From the human T2T-CHM13v2.0 reference genome, Homo sapiens: 64,000 nucleotides of DNA. Below, piece after piece: positions 12,981-26,995 of this stretch (within the stretch, counting starts at the first letter, position 1; each line of letters opens with the position of its first letter). The stretch lies in the NCBI RefSeq assembly GCF_009914755.1, contig NC_060928.1; one strand, 5' to 3'. The position numbers and the translations under genes are program-made. The notes under the pieces are model-generated. The model ran no database searches. It worked only from the letters and a program-made list of their open reading frames with translations, and was not told the origin of the DNA.

Positions 12981-15123
12981 TCTATTTATTTATTTATCTA
13001 TCTATTTTCCACTTTTATTTTGGGTTCAGGGGTACATGTGCAGGTTTGTTATATAGCTAAATTGTATGTCACAGGAATTTGGCATACAGATTACTTCATC
13101 ACTCACATAATCAGCATAGTACTTAATATGTAGTTTTTCAAGCCTCATTTCCTCCCACCTTCCACCCTCACGCAAACCGTGGTATCTGTTCTTCCCTTCT
13201 TTGTGTCCACGTATGCTCAGTGTTTAGTTCCCACTTATAAGTGACAACATGTAGTATTTGGTTTTCTGTTACTGTGTTAGTTTTTTAGGATAATGGCCTC
13301 CAGTTTCATCCATGTTGCTGCAAAGAACATGATGTAATTATTTTTTATGGCTGTATAGTATTCTGTGGTGTATATGTACCACATTTTTTTAACCCAGTCT
13401 ATTGTTGATGTGTATTTAGGTTGATTCCATGCATTTGCTATTGTGAATAATGCTGCAATGAACGTATGTGTGCAGGTGTCTTTATGGTAGAACATTTTCT
13501 TCCAGTAATGGGACTGCTGGGTCAAATGGTAGTTCTGTTTTAAGTTCTTTGAGAAATCACCAAACTTTTTTCCACAATGGCTGAACTAATTTACATTCCC
13601 ACAGCAGTGTATAAGCATTTCCTTTTATCTACAACCTCACCAGCATCTGTTAGTTTTTGGCTTTTTAACAATAGCCATTCTGACTTGTGTGAGATGGTAT
13701 CTCATTGTGGTTTTGATTTGCATTTCTCTAATGATTAGTGATATTGAGCGTTTTTTTCATATGCTTGTTGGCTGCATGTCTTCTTTTAAAAATCGTCTGT
13801 TCATGTCCTTTGCCCACTTTTTAATGGGGTTGTTTGTTTTTTGTTTATAGATTTAAGTTCCTTATAGATGCTGGATATTAGACTTTTATCAGACGCATGG
13901 TTTGCAAATATTTTCTTGCATTCTATAGTCTGTTTACTCTGTTGACAGTTTCATTTGCTGTGCAGAAGCTGTTTAGTTTAATTAGGTTACAATTATCAAC
14001 TGTGGTTTTATTGCAATTGCTTTTGGGGTCTCCATCATGAAATCCTTGACAAGTCCTATGTCCAGATGGTATTCTCTAAGTTATCTTCCAGGGTTGTTAT
14101 AGTTTTAGGTTTTATGTTTAAGTCTCTAATCCATCTTGAGTTTTTTATATGGTGTAAGAAAGGGGTCTAGTTTCGATCTTCTGCATAGGGCTAGCCACTT
14201 ATCTTAGCACCATTGATTGAATAGGGAGTCCTTTCCCTATTGTTTGCTTTTGTCTATTTTGTCAAATATCAGATAGTTGTAGGAGTGCAGCTCTATTTCT
14301 GGGCTCTCTATTCTGTTCCATTGGTCTACTGTTGATGTGCATTTAGGTTAATTCCATGCATTTGCTATTGTGAATAATGCTGCAAAACATCTGTTTTTGT
14401 ACCAGTACTATGCTGTTTTGGTTATTGTAGCCTTGTAGTATAGTTTGAACATGGGTAACATAATGCCTCCAGCTTTGTTCTTTTTGCTTAGAATTGCCTT
14501 GGCTATTCGGGCTCTTTTTTGGTTCCATATGAATTTTTAAACAGTTTTTTCTAGTGCTGCGAAGAATGTCATTGGTAGTTTGATAGGAATAGCATTGAGT
14601 CTGTAAATTCCTTTGGCCATATGGCCATTTCAATCATACTGATTCTTCCAATACATGAATATGAAGTGTTTTTCCATTTGTTTGTGTTATCTCTCATTTC
14701 TTTAAGCAATATTTTGTGATTCACAGTCTAGAGTTCTTTTACCTCCCTTTTTAGTTGTATTACTAAATATTTTCTATGTCAATTGTGAATGGGATTGCCT
14801 TCCTGATTCACCTCTTGGCTTGGTTGTTGTTGGACTGTTGGAATGCTAGTGATTTTTGTACAATAATTTTGTATACTGAAACTTTTCTGAAGTTGTTTAT
14901 CAGATCAAGGAGCTTTGAAGTAAAGACTATGGAGTTTCCTATACATAGTATCATATCATCTGCAAACACGGTTAGTTTTACTTCCTCTATTTCAATTTGA
15001 ATGCCTTTTATTTGTTTCTCTTGCCTGATTGCTCTAGCTAGAACTTCCATAACTATATTGAATAGGAGAGGTGAGAGAGGGCATCCTTGTCTTGTTCCAG
15101 TTTTCAAGGGGAATTCTTCCAGC
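12981..15123 (-). mobile_element. 5'-truncated L1PA13-16-like element (~2.1 kb)
   Basis: T-rich tail at left, 3'UTR ggggtacatgtgcaggtttgtta, and RT peptide [20 protein letters not shown]...FADDMI (ORF 14808-15134). Confidence 0.92.
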
Positions 15124-15129
15124 AGGCGA

Positions 15130-17327
15130 GACATTTTAAATTCAAAGATACAAATAGATTTAAAGTTAAAAAAGAAAGGAAAATAATATTTATTGCAATT
15201 ACTTTGCTAATATCAGACAAGATAAACTAAAATAAAGTGTCACTAGTGAAAAAGATGAACATGAACATTTTATAATGATAAAATAGTCATCTTAAAATAT
15301 ATATATATTTATTTATTTATAAAATTACAGAGGACCAGAATACATGAAGTAAAAGCTGACAGAATTAAAAGAAGAAATGCATGATTCAACAATTATAGCT
15401 GGAAATTTTAATATTACACTTTCAAAAATGTATAGAACAAAAAAGATTAATAAGTGTATGAAAGATTTGAAAAACATTGTAAGCCAGTTATACCTAATAG
15501 ACATCTAGAATACTGTACCTATTCTTTTCAAGTACACTTTGGAACATTTGTCAGAATAGATCATATGGTAGGCCATAAAACAAGCCTCAATAAATTTAAA
15601 AAATTAAAATCATACAAAGTAAGTTATTTTACCACAATGGAAAAAAATTAGAAATCAATAACAGAAGAACAAGATAAGGGTATTACTTTTGCCATATTAT
15701 CTTACACTGTAATGGAGGTTCTAGCTATGGCAATTTGGTAAGAAAAAGAAATAAATGCATCTGGAATGGAAATGAAGAAATAAAACTGCTGCTATTTGAA
15801 GATAAACCAATCTTATACATAAAAAATTTTGAGCAATCCACTAAAAGCCTATTGAAATTAATAAATAAGGTCAGAGGGGCTGCAGGATACAAGATCAATA
15901 TTCCAAAATCAGTTTTATTTCTCTTCACTAGCAATGAACAATCTGGAAAATAAATTCAGAAAACAATTGTATTTGTAGTAGCATCAAAAATAATAAAATA
16001 CTTGGAAAGAACTTTATAAAAGCTATGCATTGTTAAAAGAAATTAAAGAATATATAAATAAACGAAAAGACATTCATGTTCATGGATTAGAAGACAATAT
16101 TGTTAACGTGCAATACTCCGCAAATTGATCTACACACTAAACATAAATGTCTATAAAAAATCCCAGCTGGCTTTTCATATAATAACCCTAAAATTAGTAT
16201 AGAAATGCAAGAGACATCAAACAACCAAAACCATCTTGAAAAAAAAATGCAACATTAGAGGATTCACACTTTCTGATTTAAAAAACTTACTACAAAGCTA
16301 CACAGTGCAAATATTGACATAAATAGACATCCAGATCAATAGAATAGAATTGAGGGTAAACCTTCACATTTATGATCCTTTCATTTTCAACACCAATGAC
16401 AAGACAATAAAATGGGAAAAGAATAATAATCTTTTCAACTAAAGGTGCTGGAACAACTGGATATTCATATGTAAATGAATAAAGATAAACCCCTACCTCA
16501 CACCATCCACAAAAATTAATTCAAAATGAATCATAGACCTAAAGAAAAAATAAAGTGTGCTTCCTCAAAATTGTAAAAATGTGTGCATCCGAGGATAACA
16601 TCAAGAAAGTGAAAAGAGAGGAGAAAATATTTCCAAATTATGTATTTGATAAAAAGCTTTTATCCAGAACATATAAAGAACTCTTACAACTCAACAATAA
16701 AGAGGCAAATAACTCAATTTAAAAATAGGCAAAGGATTTGAACAGTTATTTCTCCAAAAAAGATAACAAATGGGCAATAATCACATGAACAGATGTTCAT
16801 TATTAGTCATTTGTGAAGTGCAAACCAAAACCACAATGAGATACCACTTCCAAAACACTAGATTACTAATCAAAACAACAGGATATGAAGAAATTGGGAC
16901 CTTCATACATTGCTGGTGGAAACATAACAAGACATATATAGCATCTATGGAAAATAGTTCAGCAGTTCCTTAGAAGACTAGCCATAGAATTATCATATTA
17001 CCCAGAAATTTCACTCCTGGGTGTATACTCAGGAGAAATAGAAACATATGTCCACAAAAAAATTGTACATGAAAAATTGTACATGTTTATAGCAGCATTA
17101 TTCACAATAAGCAAAAAGTAGAAACAATCCAAATATCCATTAATTGTTGAATGGATGAATAAAGTATGGTATAATCAAAAGGAATAAAAATCTGATACAT
17201 GTGCAACATAGATGAACCTTAAAAATCTTATGCTAAGTCGAAAAGTCCAAAAACCAGTCACAAAACAAACAGTTTTTGCATCAATCCTTTTTATTTAAAG
17301 TGGTCTGAGAAGGCAAATATATAGACA
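15130..17327 (+). mobile_element. Old L1MB-like ORF2 and 3' region, host of the LTR nest
   Basis: Decayed ORF2p peptides (RIDHMVGHKTSLNKFKK, AGYKINIPKS); continues after the LTRs at 20372. Confidence 0.8.
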
Positions 17328-20300
17328 TGTCATGATTAATTTTTTGTGTCAACTTGACTGGGTAAAGAAATGACCAGATATCTGGTAAACACATTTTTGG
17401 ATATGTCTATGAGGGGGTGTGTTAGGCCATGCTTGCATTGCTTTAAAAAAAATACCTGAGACTGGGCTATTTATTTTACCTTTTTTAAAAAAGAGGTTTA
17501 ATTGGCTTAAGGGTCTGCGGGCTGTGCAGTAAGCATAGCAGCATCTGCTTCTGCGGAGGCCTTGGAAAACTTAAAATCATGGAAGAATGTGAAGTGAAAG
17601 CAAGCACATCATATGGCCAGAGAAGGAGGAAGAGATAGTGGGAGGAGGTGCCACACATATTTTAATGACCAGATCTCACGTGAACTCAAAGTGAGAGCTC
17701 ATTTATCACCAAGAGAATGGCCAAAGCTATCCATGACAAATCCACACACATGACCCAAACACCTCCCACCAGGCCTCACATCCAACATTGAGAATTACAT
17801 TTCAACATGAGATTTGGGTGGGGACCAATACCCAAGCTATATTATTCCACCCCGACCCCTCCCAAATATCATGTCCTTCTCACATTGCAAAACACAATTA
17901 TGCCTTCCCAATAATTCCCCCAAAGTCTTAACTCAGTCCAGCACTAACTCAAAAGTCCAAAGTCAGATCTGAGATAAGGAAAATCTATGAGCCTGGAAAA
18001 TCAAACCAAATTAGTCACTCTCAAGATACAATGGGAATATAGGCATTAGGTAAATACTCCTTTTTCAAATGGGAGAAATCAGCCAAAAGAAAGAGGCTAC
18101 AGGTCCCATGCAAGTTTGAAACCCAGCAGGGCAGTCATTAAATTGTGAAAGTCCAAAATAATATTCTTTGACTCCATATCCTGCATCCAGGTAACACTGG
18201 TGCAAGGGGGTGGACTGTCAAGGACTTGGGCAGCTCCATCTCTGTGGCTTTTCAGGGTGCAAGCCCCGTGACTACTCTCATGGGCTGCAGTGAGTGCAGT
18301 GCTTTTTTAAGGCACAAGGTGCAAGCTGCCAGTGAATCTATCATTCTTGGGTATGGATGGCAGTGGCCCCCTTCTCACAGCTTCAATAGGGAGTGCCCCA
18401 GTAAGGACTCTGTGTGAGAGCTCCAATCTCACATTTCCCCTTGGCACTGCCCTAGTAGGGGTCGTCTGTGGGGGTTCTGCTTCTGAAGCAGGCTTCTGCC
18501 TGAACACCCAGCCTTTTCCATACATCCTCTGAAATCTAGGTGAAGGCTGCCAAGCCTCATTCAGTCTTATATTCTGGGTGCCTGCAAGCTTAACACCATG
18601 TGTAAGCCACCAAGGCTCACAGCTTGCATTCTTCAAAGTGGCAGCTTGAGCTGTACCTGGGCCCTCTTAGAGCCCCAGCTGGAGCTGGAGCTGGCGTGGC
18701 CTGGATTTGGGGAGCAGTGCCCTCAAGGCTGTTTAGGGCAGTGGGGCCCTGGGCCTGTCCCACAGGATCATTCATTCCTCATAGGTCTCAGGACCTGTGA
18801 CAGGAGGGGCTGCCATGAAGGTCTCTGAAATGCCTTTGAGGCCTTTTTCTCATTGTCTTGGCTATTAGCACTTGGCTCCTTTTTAGTTACACAAATATCT
18901 CTAGCAAGTGGTGACTTTACAGCCTGCTTGAATTCCTCTCCTGAGAAAGCTTTTTCTTTCTCTGCCATATGGCCAGGCTCCAAATTTTCCAAACTTTTGT
19001 GCTCTGCTTCTTGTTTAAATGTAAATTTCAACTTTAGGTCATTCCTTTGCTACCACAGCTGAGTGTCAGAAGCAGCCAGGCCACTTCTTGAGCACTGTGC
19101 GGCTTAGAAATTTCCTCTGCCAGATACCCTAAATCATCACTGTTTCGTTTAAACTTCTACAGATCCCCAGGACAGGGACAGAATGCAGCCAAGCCCTTTA
19201 CTAAGGCATAACATATGTGATCTTTGTTTCAGTTCCCAATAAGTTCCTCATTTCCATCTGAGACTTCAGCACTCTGGCCTTCACTGTCCATATCGCTATT
19301 AGCATTTTGGTCACAACTATTTAACTAGTCCTAATAAGTTCCAAACTTTCCCTCAGCTTCATGTCTTCTTTTGAGCCTTCTAAACTCTTCCCATCTCTGC
19401 CCATTATCCAGTTCCAAAGCTTCTTGCACATTTTCAGGTATCTTTATAGCAATGTTACACTCCTTTCCAAACAGAAATTGGTACCATTTTTTTTGTGTTA
19501 GGCCATTCTGGAATTCTTTTAAATAAATACTCAAGACTTGGTGATTTATTTGGTTTAATTGACTCAAGATTCTGCAGCCTGTAGAAAGCATAGTGACGTC
19601 TGTTTCTGGGGAGGCCTCATGAAGCTTACAATCATGGCAGAAGGTGAAGGGGGAGAGGTACATCACATGGTCAGAGCAGGGGCAAGAGAGAGAAGTAGAG
19701 AGCAGTTAGGGGAGGTGCCACAAACTTTTAAATGACCAGATCTCAGGCCTGTGAACTCAGAGCAAGAGTTCACTTATCACCAAGGGAATGGCTCACGCCA
19801 TTCATGAAGGATATACCCCCATGACCCAAACACCTCCCACCAGAGCTCACCTCCAACATTAGAGATTATATTTAAACATGAGCTTTGGGCAAAGACAAAC
19901 TATACCAAACCCTATCATGTGCTTCTGAAAGAGATTAGAGTTTGAGTCAATGGACTGAGTAGAGAAGATTCACCCTCACCAATGTGGGATGATATCCTAT
20001 TCACAAAGGGCCCCAGTACAACAGAAAGGTGGAGGGAAGGTGACTTTTCTTTCTCTGTTTTTGAGCTACAACATCCCTCTTCTCCTGACCTGGGACATTG
20101 GAGCTTTTGGTTCTTGGGCCTTTGGAGCCTGGGACTTGAACCAGCAGCTTCCCAGGTCCTCAGGCTTTGGGCCTCAGACTGGGAGTTATACCATCAGCTC
20201 CCCTGTTTTTTAAGACTTTGGATTTGGACTAAATTACACCACTGGCTTTTCTGGTTCTCCAGCTTATAGACAGCATATTATGGAACTTCTTGGTCTCCAG

Positions 20301-20371
20301 AATAAATATCCACTTACATATCTGTATATATTCTATTGGTTCTGTTTCTCTGGAGAGCCTTGACTAATACA
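17328..20371 (+). mobile_element. MLT2B-like (ERVL) solo LTR split by an MST provirus (pieces 17328-17417 and 19918-20371)
   Basis: 5' tgtcatgattaatttt..tgtgtcaacttgactggg; 3' ctattggttctgtttctctggagagccttgactaataca. Confidence 0.88.
17418..19917 (-). mobile_element. Full-length MSTB-like MaLR provirus (LTRs 17418-17844 and 19494-19917, internal region 17845-19493)
   Basis: Two homologous ~425-bp LTRs starting tgtgttaggccat; THE1/MST-int-like interior; minus-strand polypurine tract at 17845-17860. Confidence 0.93.
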
Positions 20372-20505
20372 CAGCCAAAAGTAGGGTTCATGGTTGCCTA
20401 GGGCTGGGATGTAGTGAGAATTGGTAGCAACTGCCAATGGACATGGGGTTTCTTTTTGAGGTGAAAAAAATGGTTTTAAAATTAGATTGTGCTGATGGTT
20501 GCATA
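20372..20505 (+). mobile_element. L1MB 3'UTR continuation
   Basis: tggttgcctagggctggg...ggggtttctttttgaggtga...aaattagattgtgctgatggttgca. Confidence 0.8.
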
Positions 20506-20559
20506 GAGAATATCTCCGCAATATTCTATACTTTTATTGCACACATTTACAAAAGTTTC

Positions 20560-21255
20560 AAGGATTTTATAAATGATATATTAGATGGATCAATTTTCCC
20601 TCAGTGTTATGTTTTGAAACTTAGCCATGTTAATACAAGAAACTTGAGTTTTATCTACTGTATGATTTTTCCTTATGTAAATGTAACAAAATTTACTTAT
20701 CCATCTGCTTATACAGATGGACATTTCAGAAGGTTTTAAAAGCTGCCACCATAGATATTTCTGTAATAAACATCTTGGATATGTTCCATTATAAACATAT
20801 AGATGTGTTTCTCTGGGATATATACACTAGAAATAAAACTACTGGGTCATAAAATACATACCATCTTTAACTCTGCTTGATATTACTACATACCTCTCTA
20901 AATAAAAGCAGTTTGCTTCACATTCTTGCCAATAGTTGTTTGGGTTAGACATTTCAAGGTTTTGCAAATCTGATGGAGTGGGAAATATTATGTCTTTGTG
21001 GTTGTTATTTGTATTTCCCTAATTACTACAAAAGTTTAATGTTTGTTAATATTAACTATTTGAGTTCCCCCTTCTATTATGTATTCACACCATATTTATA
21101 TTTTTCCATTGGGATCTGTATCTTTAAATGTTTGGAGTTCTAAATCCTGGGAGTTCTTTAAATGTTTTAGATACAAATTCTTTTTTTGTTGTGCATTGTT
21201 ATGCATATGTATTGCATTCTGGCTTGTCATTTTATTTTATAATGTCTTTTGTTAA
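20560..21255 (-). mobile_element. Ancient L1ME-like 3' fragment
   Basis: Decayed antisense motifs such as gatggacattt, aataaacatcttg, tctctgggatatatacactag. Confidence 0.6.
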
Positions 21256-21267
21256 AAAAAGAGTTTT

Positions 21268-21465
21268 GGTTGGGGTTTGGTGGCTCACACCTGTGATCCC
21301 AACTCTGTGGGTGGCTGAGGCAGGAGGGTGGCTTGAGGCCAGGAGGTCGAGACCAGCTGGGAAACACAGTGAGACATCATCTCTACAAAAATTTTAAAAA
21401 TTAGCTGGGCATCGTGTCGCATGCCTGTAGTCCTAGCTATTCAGGAGGCTGAGATGGGAGGATCT
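21268..21465 (+). mobile_element. AluJ, 3'-truncated
   Basis: Left arm plus start of right arm; J-type ttgaggccaggagg. Confidence 0.88.
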
Positions 21466-21628
21466 CAGAGCAACTTCAAGACAATATTTAGAGTTGGAAA
21501 TGGAAGGGAGAAAAGGAAGGGAATGTAACTAGAAAAGTTCAGAGAGGGTTTTTAATAGATCTAAGATATTTTCCTTTTCTTAAACATTTTTGATGCAAAT
21601 TTAGCAAAATGCTAATCCTGTTTTTCTA

Positions 21629-21919
<291 letters not shown>

Positions 21920-22049
21920 TAAAGTTGGAGAGTGACCTCATGGTATTAGTTAGACTATAATCCTCTATAATTTCTTTCATTTTGAGATTTTTCACCATAA
22001 AGATCTTTAAAGTAAAATTCATTTAAGAAACACAATAACAGTGAATATA

Positions 22050-22260
22050 TTCAATATTGTATGGTGGAAAGCAAATGGACTTTGGGATCTGGCACATGAA
22101 CTGTGCATCCTTGAGAAATTTTTTAACCTATCTGAACATCAGATTCTCCATTTGTAACATGACGGATAATCACACTTGCTGGCTGGTGAAATTCTGAAGG
22201 GTAAATGAGTTGGTATAAAAAATATGTGCCTGATATCTCTAATAAGTGCACAATAATAAA
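22050..22260 (+). mobile_element. MIR relic
   Basis: aacctatctgaacatcagattctccatttgtaacatg resembles the MIR core. Confidence 0.6.
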
Positions 22261-22439
22261 TATTAATTATCTTATCCTGGAAAATTTACTACTTCAATAT
22301 GAACATATGCATAATTGCTTTTTATCATGTCCTGTAATGTTACTGAAAAAAATCATTGCTGAATTTTTCAGCAGTGAATATCAGCCTGGAATATATTCGG
22401 CTCCACAAAAAGAATTATATCTTGCTGTGGAATGGTGTG

Positions 22440-23164
<725 letters not shown>

Positions 23165-23987
23165 AGGACCTCCATATTTTGAGTCAAGATTTCTTTTTCT
23201 GGTGTGTGATGGCTTCAGAATTCCTACCTAGAAATGATTTTAGGATGACAATATTGAAGGAAATGAGTTTCTTTAAGTGGTTTTATTTAAGCCTATGTGC
23301 AATGTCAGTACAGGGCTTTTGCTGAAATGGCATGTTTATTTGGGGCACTTGGTGTGGGCGTGAGAGAAGTAGTTGATGGAGCTGACGGGTGAGGAGAATT
23401 CGAAGTCCTCTATAGTCTTCAGCTGAACCACCGCTTCTAATAAATATGCTTTTAAATCTCCAGACACAAACACTTAAAATCGAGCTTTCTTTGCTCTTGC
23501 AGTAAATCAGTAAAGTACAACGCTCACAACTATTATTAATAATGCTTCTTCATGAGGGGGACTAACTGGATTTGGCAGAATTGTGCTTTTTCCCTTTTAG
23601 CTGCTTTCTTTCTCTTCTCACGGTATTATAGGAAGAAACTATTAGAACTAATTTTTTTTAAGGAGAAAAAAACAATACTTCTCCTAAGAGGGACCTTGCC
23701 TGAAGCAACCTCTTTTATATGGTGCTTCCTAAGGCAGTAAGCCAGCCTTTTACAGACATGGCCAGCACAGGTGTGGCAGAGCCGCACTAATGAGCAGCAT
23801 ATGCTTTTAGTTACATTCTCATTATGGTGTCATCAGGGCCCAAGAAAGCAACCATATTACACGTTTAAGTTTTTAAAAATGGAAAGATGCTGGGGCTCCT
23901 TTAATTTTAAATATTCTGGGAATCATAATTGAAATCAAAACTTCTTTGAACTATTGTGGTGTACCCCAATTACAGGAAATCACTTAC

Positions 23988-24023
23988 CAGTGAAAATTAC
24001 ACGGAGAAAGAATATTTTCAATT
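23988..24023 (-). other. Candidate 36-nt exon (unverified)
   Basis: Minus strand reads ttttccccccttttccatag|AATTGAAAATATTCTTTCTCCGTGTAATTTTCACTG|gtaagtg, in non-repeat DNA. Confidence 0.4.
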
Positions 24024-24312
24024 CTATGGAAAAGGGGGGAAAACATTTTTCTTTAATGTTGGTCTAGTCGGGAAAACTTGACCAACCTTGTCTCTAGATC
24101 CAAAGATTGGTCCAATGCATTGATCTTTATGTAAATTCTGTTAATATTGAATGGCACTTAAACAAGGTCAAAAATGAAATTCCATTAATGACTCACATCA
24201 AGTTTTAGCATCAATGGACACTGCAAACCAAGCCTTGGGCTCCTTAAAATTCTAACTGGCTCATTTAAAGTCAACCTCAGAAGTTATCTTGGTTTCATTT
24301 GGATCCCCTTAC

Positions 24313-24406
24313 CATCAGAGGTAGTCATGAATGATTCTTCTTGGGGGACTGATGTGAATCTTTAAAATTTATTCACCACCACAAACAGTATCTGAGTTCA
24401 TATGAA
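24313..24406 (-). other. Candidate 94-nt exon (unverified)
   Basis: Minus strand reads tttccttatccatgacag|TTCATA...TCTGATG|gtaagg. Confidence 0.25.
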
Positions 24407-25329
24407 CTGTCATGGATAAGGAAATGTGCCTGAGTTCCTTATTGTACTCACACAACATAATGAAGACACACAATTCACACTCATGCCATTTTCTGCTGCA
24501 CTAAAGTTTGAAACTGTCATAGATGCTAATGCATGAAAAAAGTGCAAAGTGCTTCCACTTGGATTTTTAGCTCCAAGCCATTTGGCAGTGAGTTGAAGGG
24601 AGTAAGCATACTGACAAGCAAATGTGTTAGCCTTTTATATCCCATTTTGAGAGTTTTGGGTGTGAAAAAAGTGGGAGAAAATGGAAGATTATACATCTAC
24701 TATTCTGGACTGTTGAGTTCCTTCCAATGGAGAATGATGATGTAGAAACTGCAAAGCAAATCTCTAGGGGATGGGATGAGGTCAGACACTGGATCCCAAT
24801 CCTAGCATTTAGAGCAAAAGCAGAGTGGGAGCCAGGCCAGTCACAAGCTAGACAGCTGGCAGAAGATGCCAAACCAAAGCTGGGCAGGTGCAAGAACCAG
24901 AGTCCTGGAGCACATTTAAGGTTATAACGACTAGAGTTAAAGAGGAGGAAAGGAAACTAAGAAATACTCCTCCCAGGCGACGTTCTTTGTGGGAGTTTCT
25001 TTCCAATCCCTAAATGCCATGCTGCCTCTGGTATGCTTGGAGCAGCATTTGATAACATTTCATCAGCTGTCGTGTCCTGCACACACCTTTCCAGTTTTGA
25101 CACATTTCACACAGTTATCACACCCACTGTCCTCAGACAAGTTTATGTGCTTCAGACAAACCAAGCTGTGCTCATACATGTTTATATACCTGCAATTGAC
25201 AAGAATGAGGCATCTGGAAGACTTGTGGCAGCTAAGACCAGAAAAGAGCTCTGTTCCTTCTCCTCCTCTCTTTGGAAATTGATGCCCTTTCATCTTCCCA
25301 TCTTAACACTTATTCTTCCAAATTTTTCA

Positions 25330-26110
25330 TTCTGGCTTAAGCCAAGATAATTCTTGCAGGAGCCAAATCTCTCATCTTTGACTCAACCTCCTCCCCTTTC
25401 TTTTTTCCATGGAATCTCATCAAATCTGCCAATATCTTCTTTTGAAGAGCTTCTGAATTTATGTTTTTCTTTTCTCTCTCACTCTCACCACCTTGTCTAG
25501 ACCCTGGTCACATCAAACCTGGATTGTTTTAACATTAACTCTTCTCATTAGATGTGCTGGTTCCAGCCTTTCCAGCCCTGACCTATTCACACATCAATCC
25601 CCAGCGCAGGGGTTCCTGAGAGGTCCCATTGCCTATAATGCTAAGTGTACACTCCTCCTGCCACTCTCAGTATCTGGCCCACCTTCTCTATCCAATCACA
25701 TTTCTCTCCTACTCTTTCTTATCACTCATCTCTCTATCTCCAGTTTTACCATTTCCCCCACTTCTACTAATCAATTTTCTTTGCTTAAAATGTCTCCCCA
25801 TTCGTCCTCAGCTATCCAAACACTAGCTATCCATCTAAGTTCATGCCAAATTATCCCCCACTAAGTCTTCTCTGAAAAATTGGGTCCCTTTCAATTCCAT
25901 AGTTCTAACTGCCAATACTTCATATTTCTGTTATCTAGAAGATTATGTTCTGACTCGAGGTTACTTAATGCTTGTTTTATAAACCTGTTTGCCTCCTTAA
26001 CTCTTTAACTTTTGAGAGCATTGTCTTGATGATACATTTCTCCTGCATTGAGCTTTTTCCCCTTTGGGGAACATGCTGTGGAAAAGTAGACACCCAATAG
26101 ATGCTTAATG
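25330..26110 (+). mobile_element. L2 relic
   Basis: Pyrimidine-rich with L2 3' motifs (tctttgactc, cctggattgttttaac). Confidence 0.55.
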
Positions 26111-26556
26111 TACATATTTATAAAATTTGTCTGGGAACAAAGATTTAAAAAATTTATATTAAAAAGGACTCTGGGAAAGTCAGCTTGGGATTTGGAGAGT
26201 TTTAAACATTTTATGCACAGAATTAGTTTAAAGACACAGGACTGAAGTATCCTGCTCCCTCTGACCTTTGGGCTGGCAGCAATGCTGGCAATATTCTACT
26301 CTTTCATTTTTGGCCCTTCTTCCACAGCTTTCTGGGCTGCTTAATTGGCCTGCATTCCAACTTCATCACTGGAATGTAAGCTATCACCTACACACTTAAG
26401 TAAATAGTTAAATCGTTCTTCTGGCTTTACCAAATGGAACAGTGGTTTCCAAAAATGGGACTCCACAGCTCTGCCATGTCCTTCGTTACTTGGGAAAGGT
26501 TCTGTTATAATCTCCTTGCATCCCTATACTGAATTTACTTTCTTCTTCTCTGAAAA

Positions 26557-26597
26557 TAACACTAAAGTAAGGCAGGGGTAACACTAAAGTAAGGCAG
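26557..26597. repeat. Tandem duplication, 22-bp period
   Basis: taacactaaagtaaggcag occurs identically at 26557-26575 and 26579-26597. Confidence 0.95.
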
Positions 26598-26670
26598 AGT
26601 TCATTGGAAATGGAAGGATGAAGAACATTTGATTTTAAACTGAGAAAAGTTTTCATTCTAAAGAACTTGA

Positions 26671-26995
<325 letters not shown>

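Noticed and set aside
14808-15134. Reverse-transcriptase peptide ([12 protein letters not shown])
   Set aside because: A fragment of a dead, 5'-truncated L1, not a novel RT system.
18226-19062. Multiple overlapping ORFs
   Set aside because: Decayed MST-internal sequence with no continuous frame.
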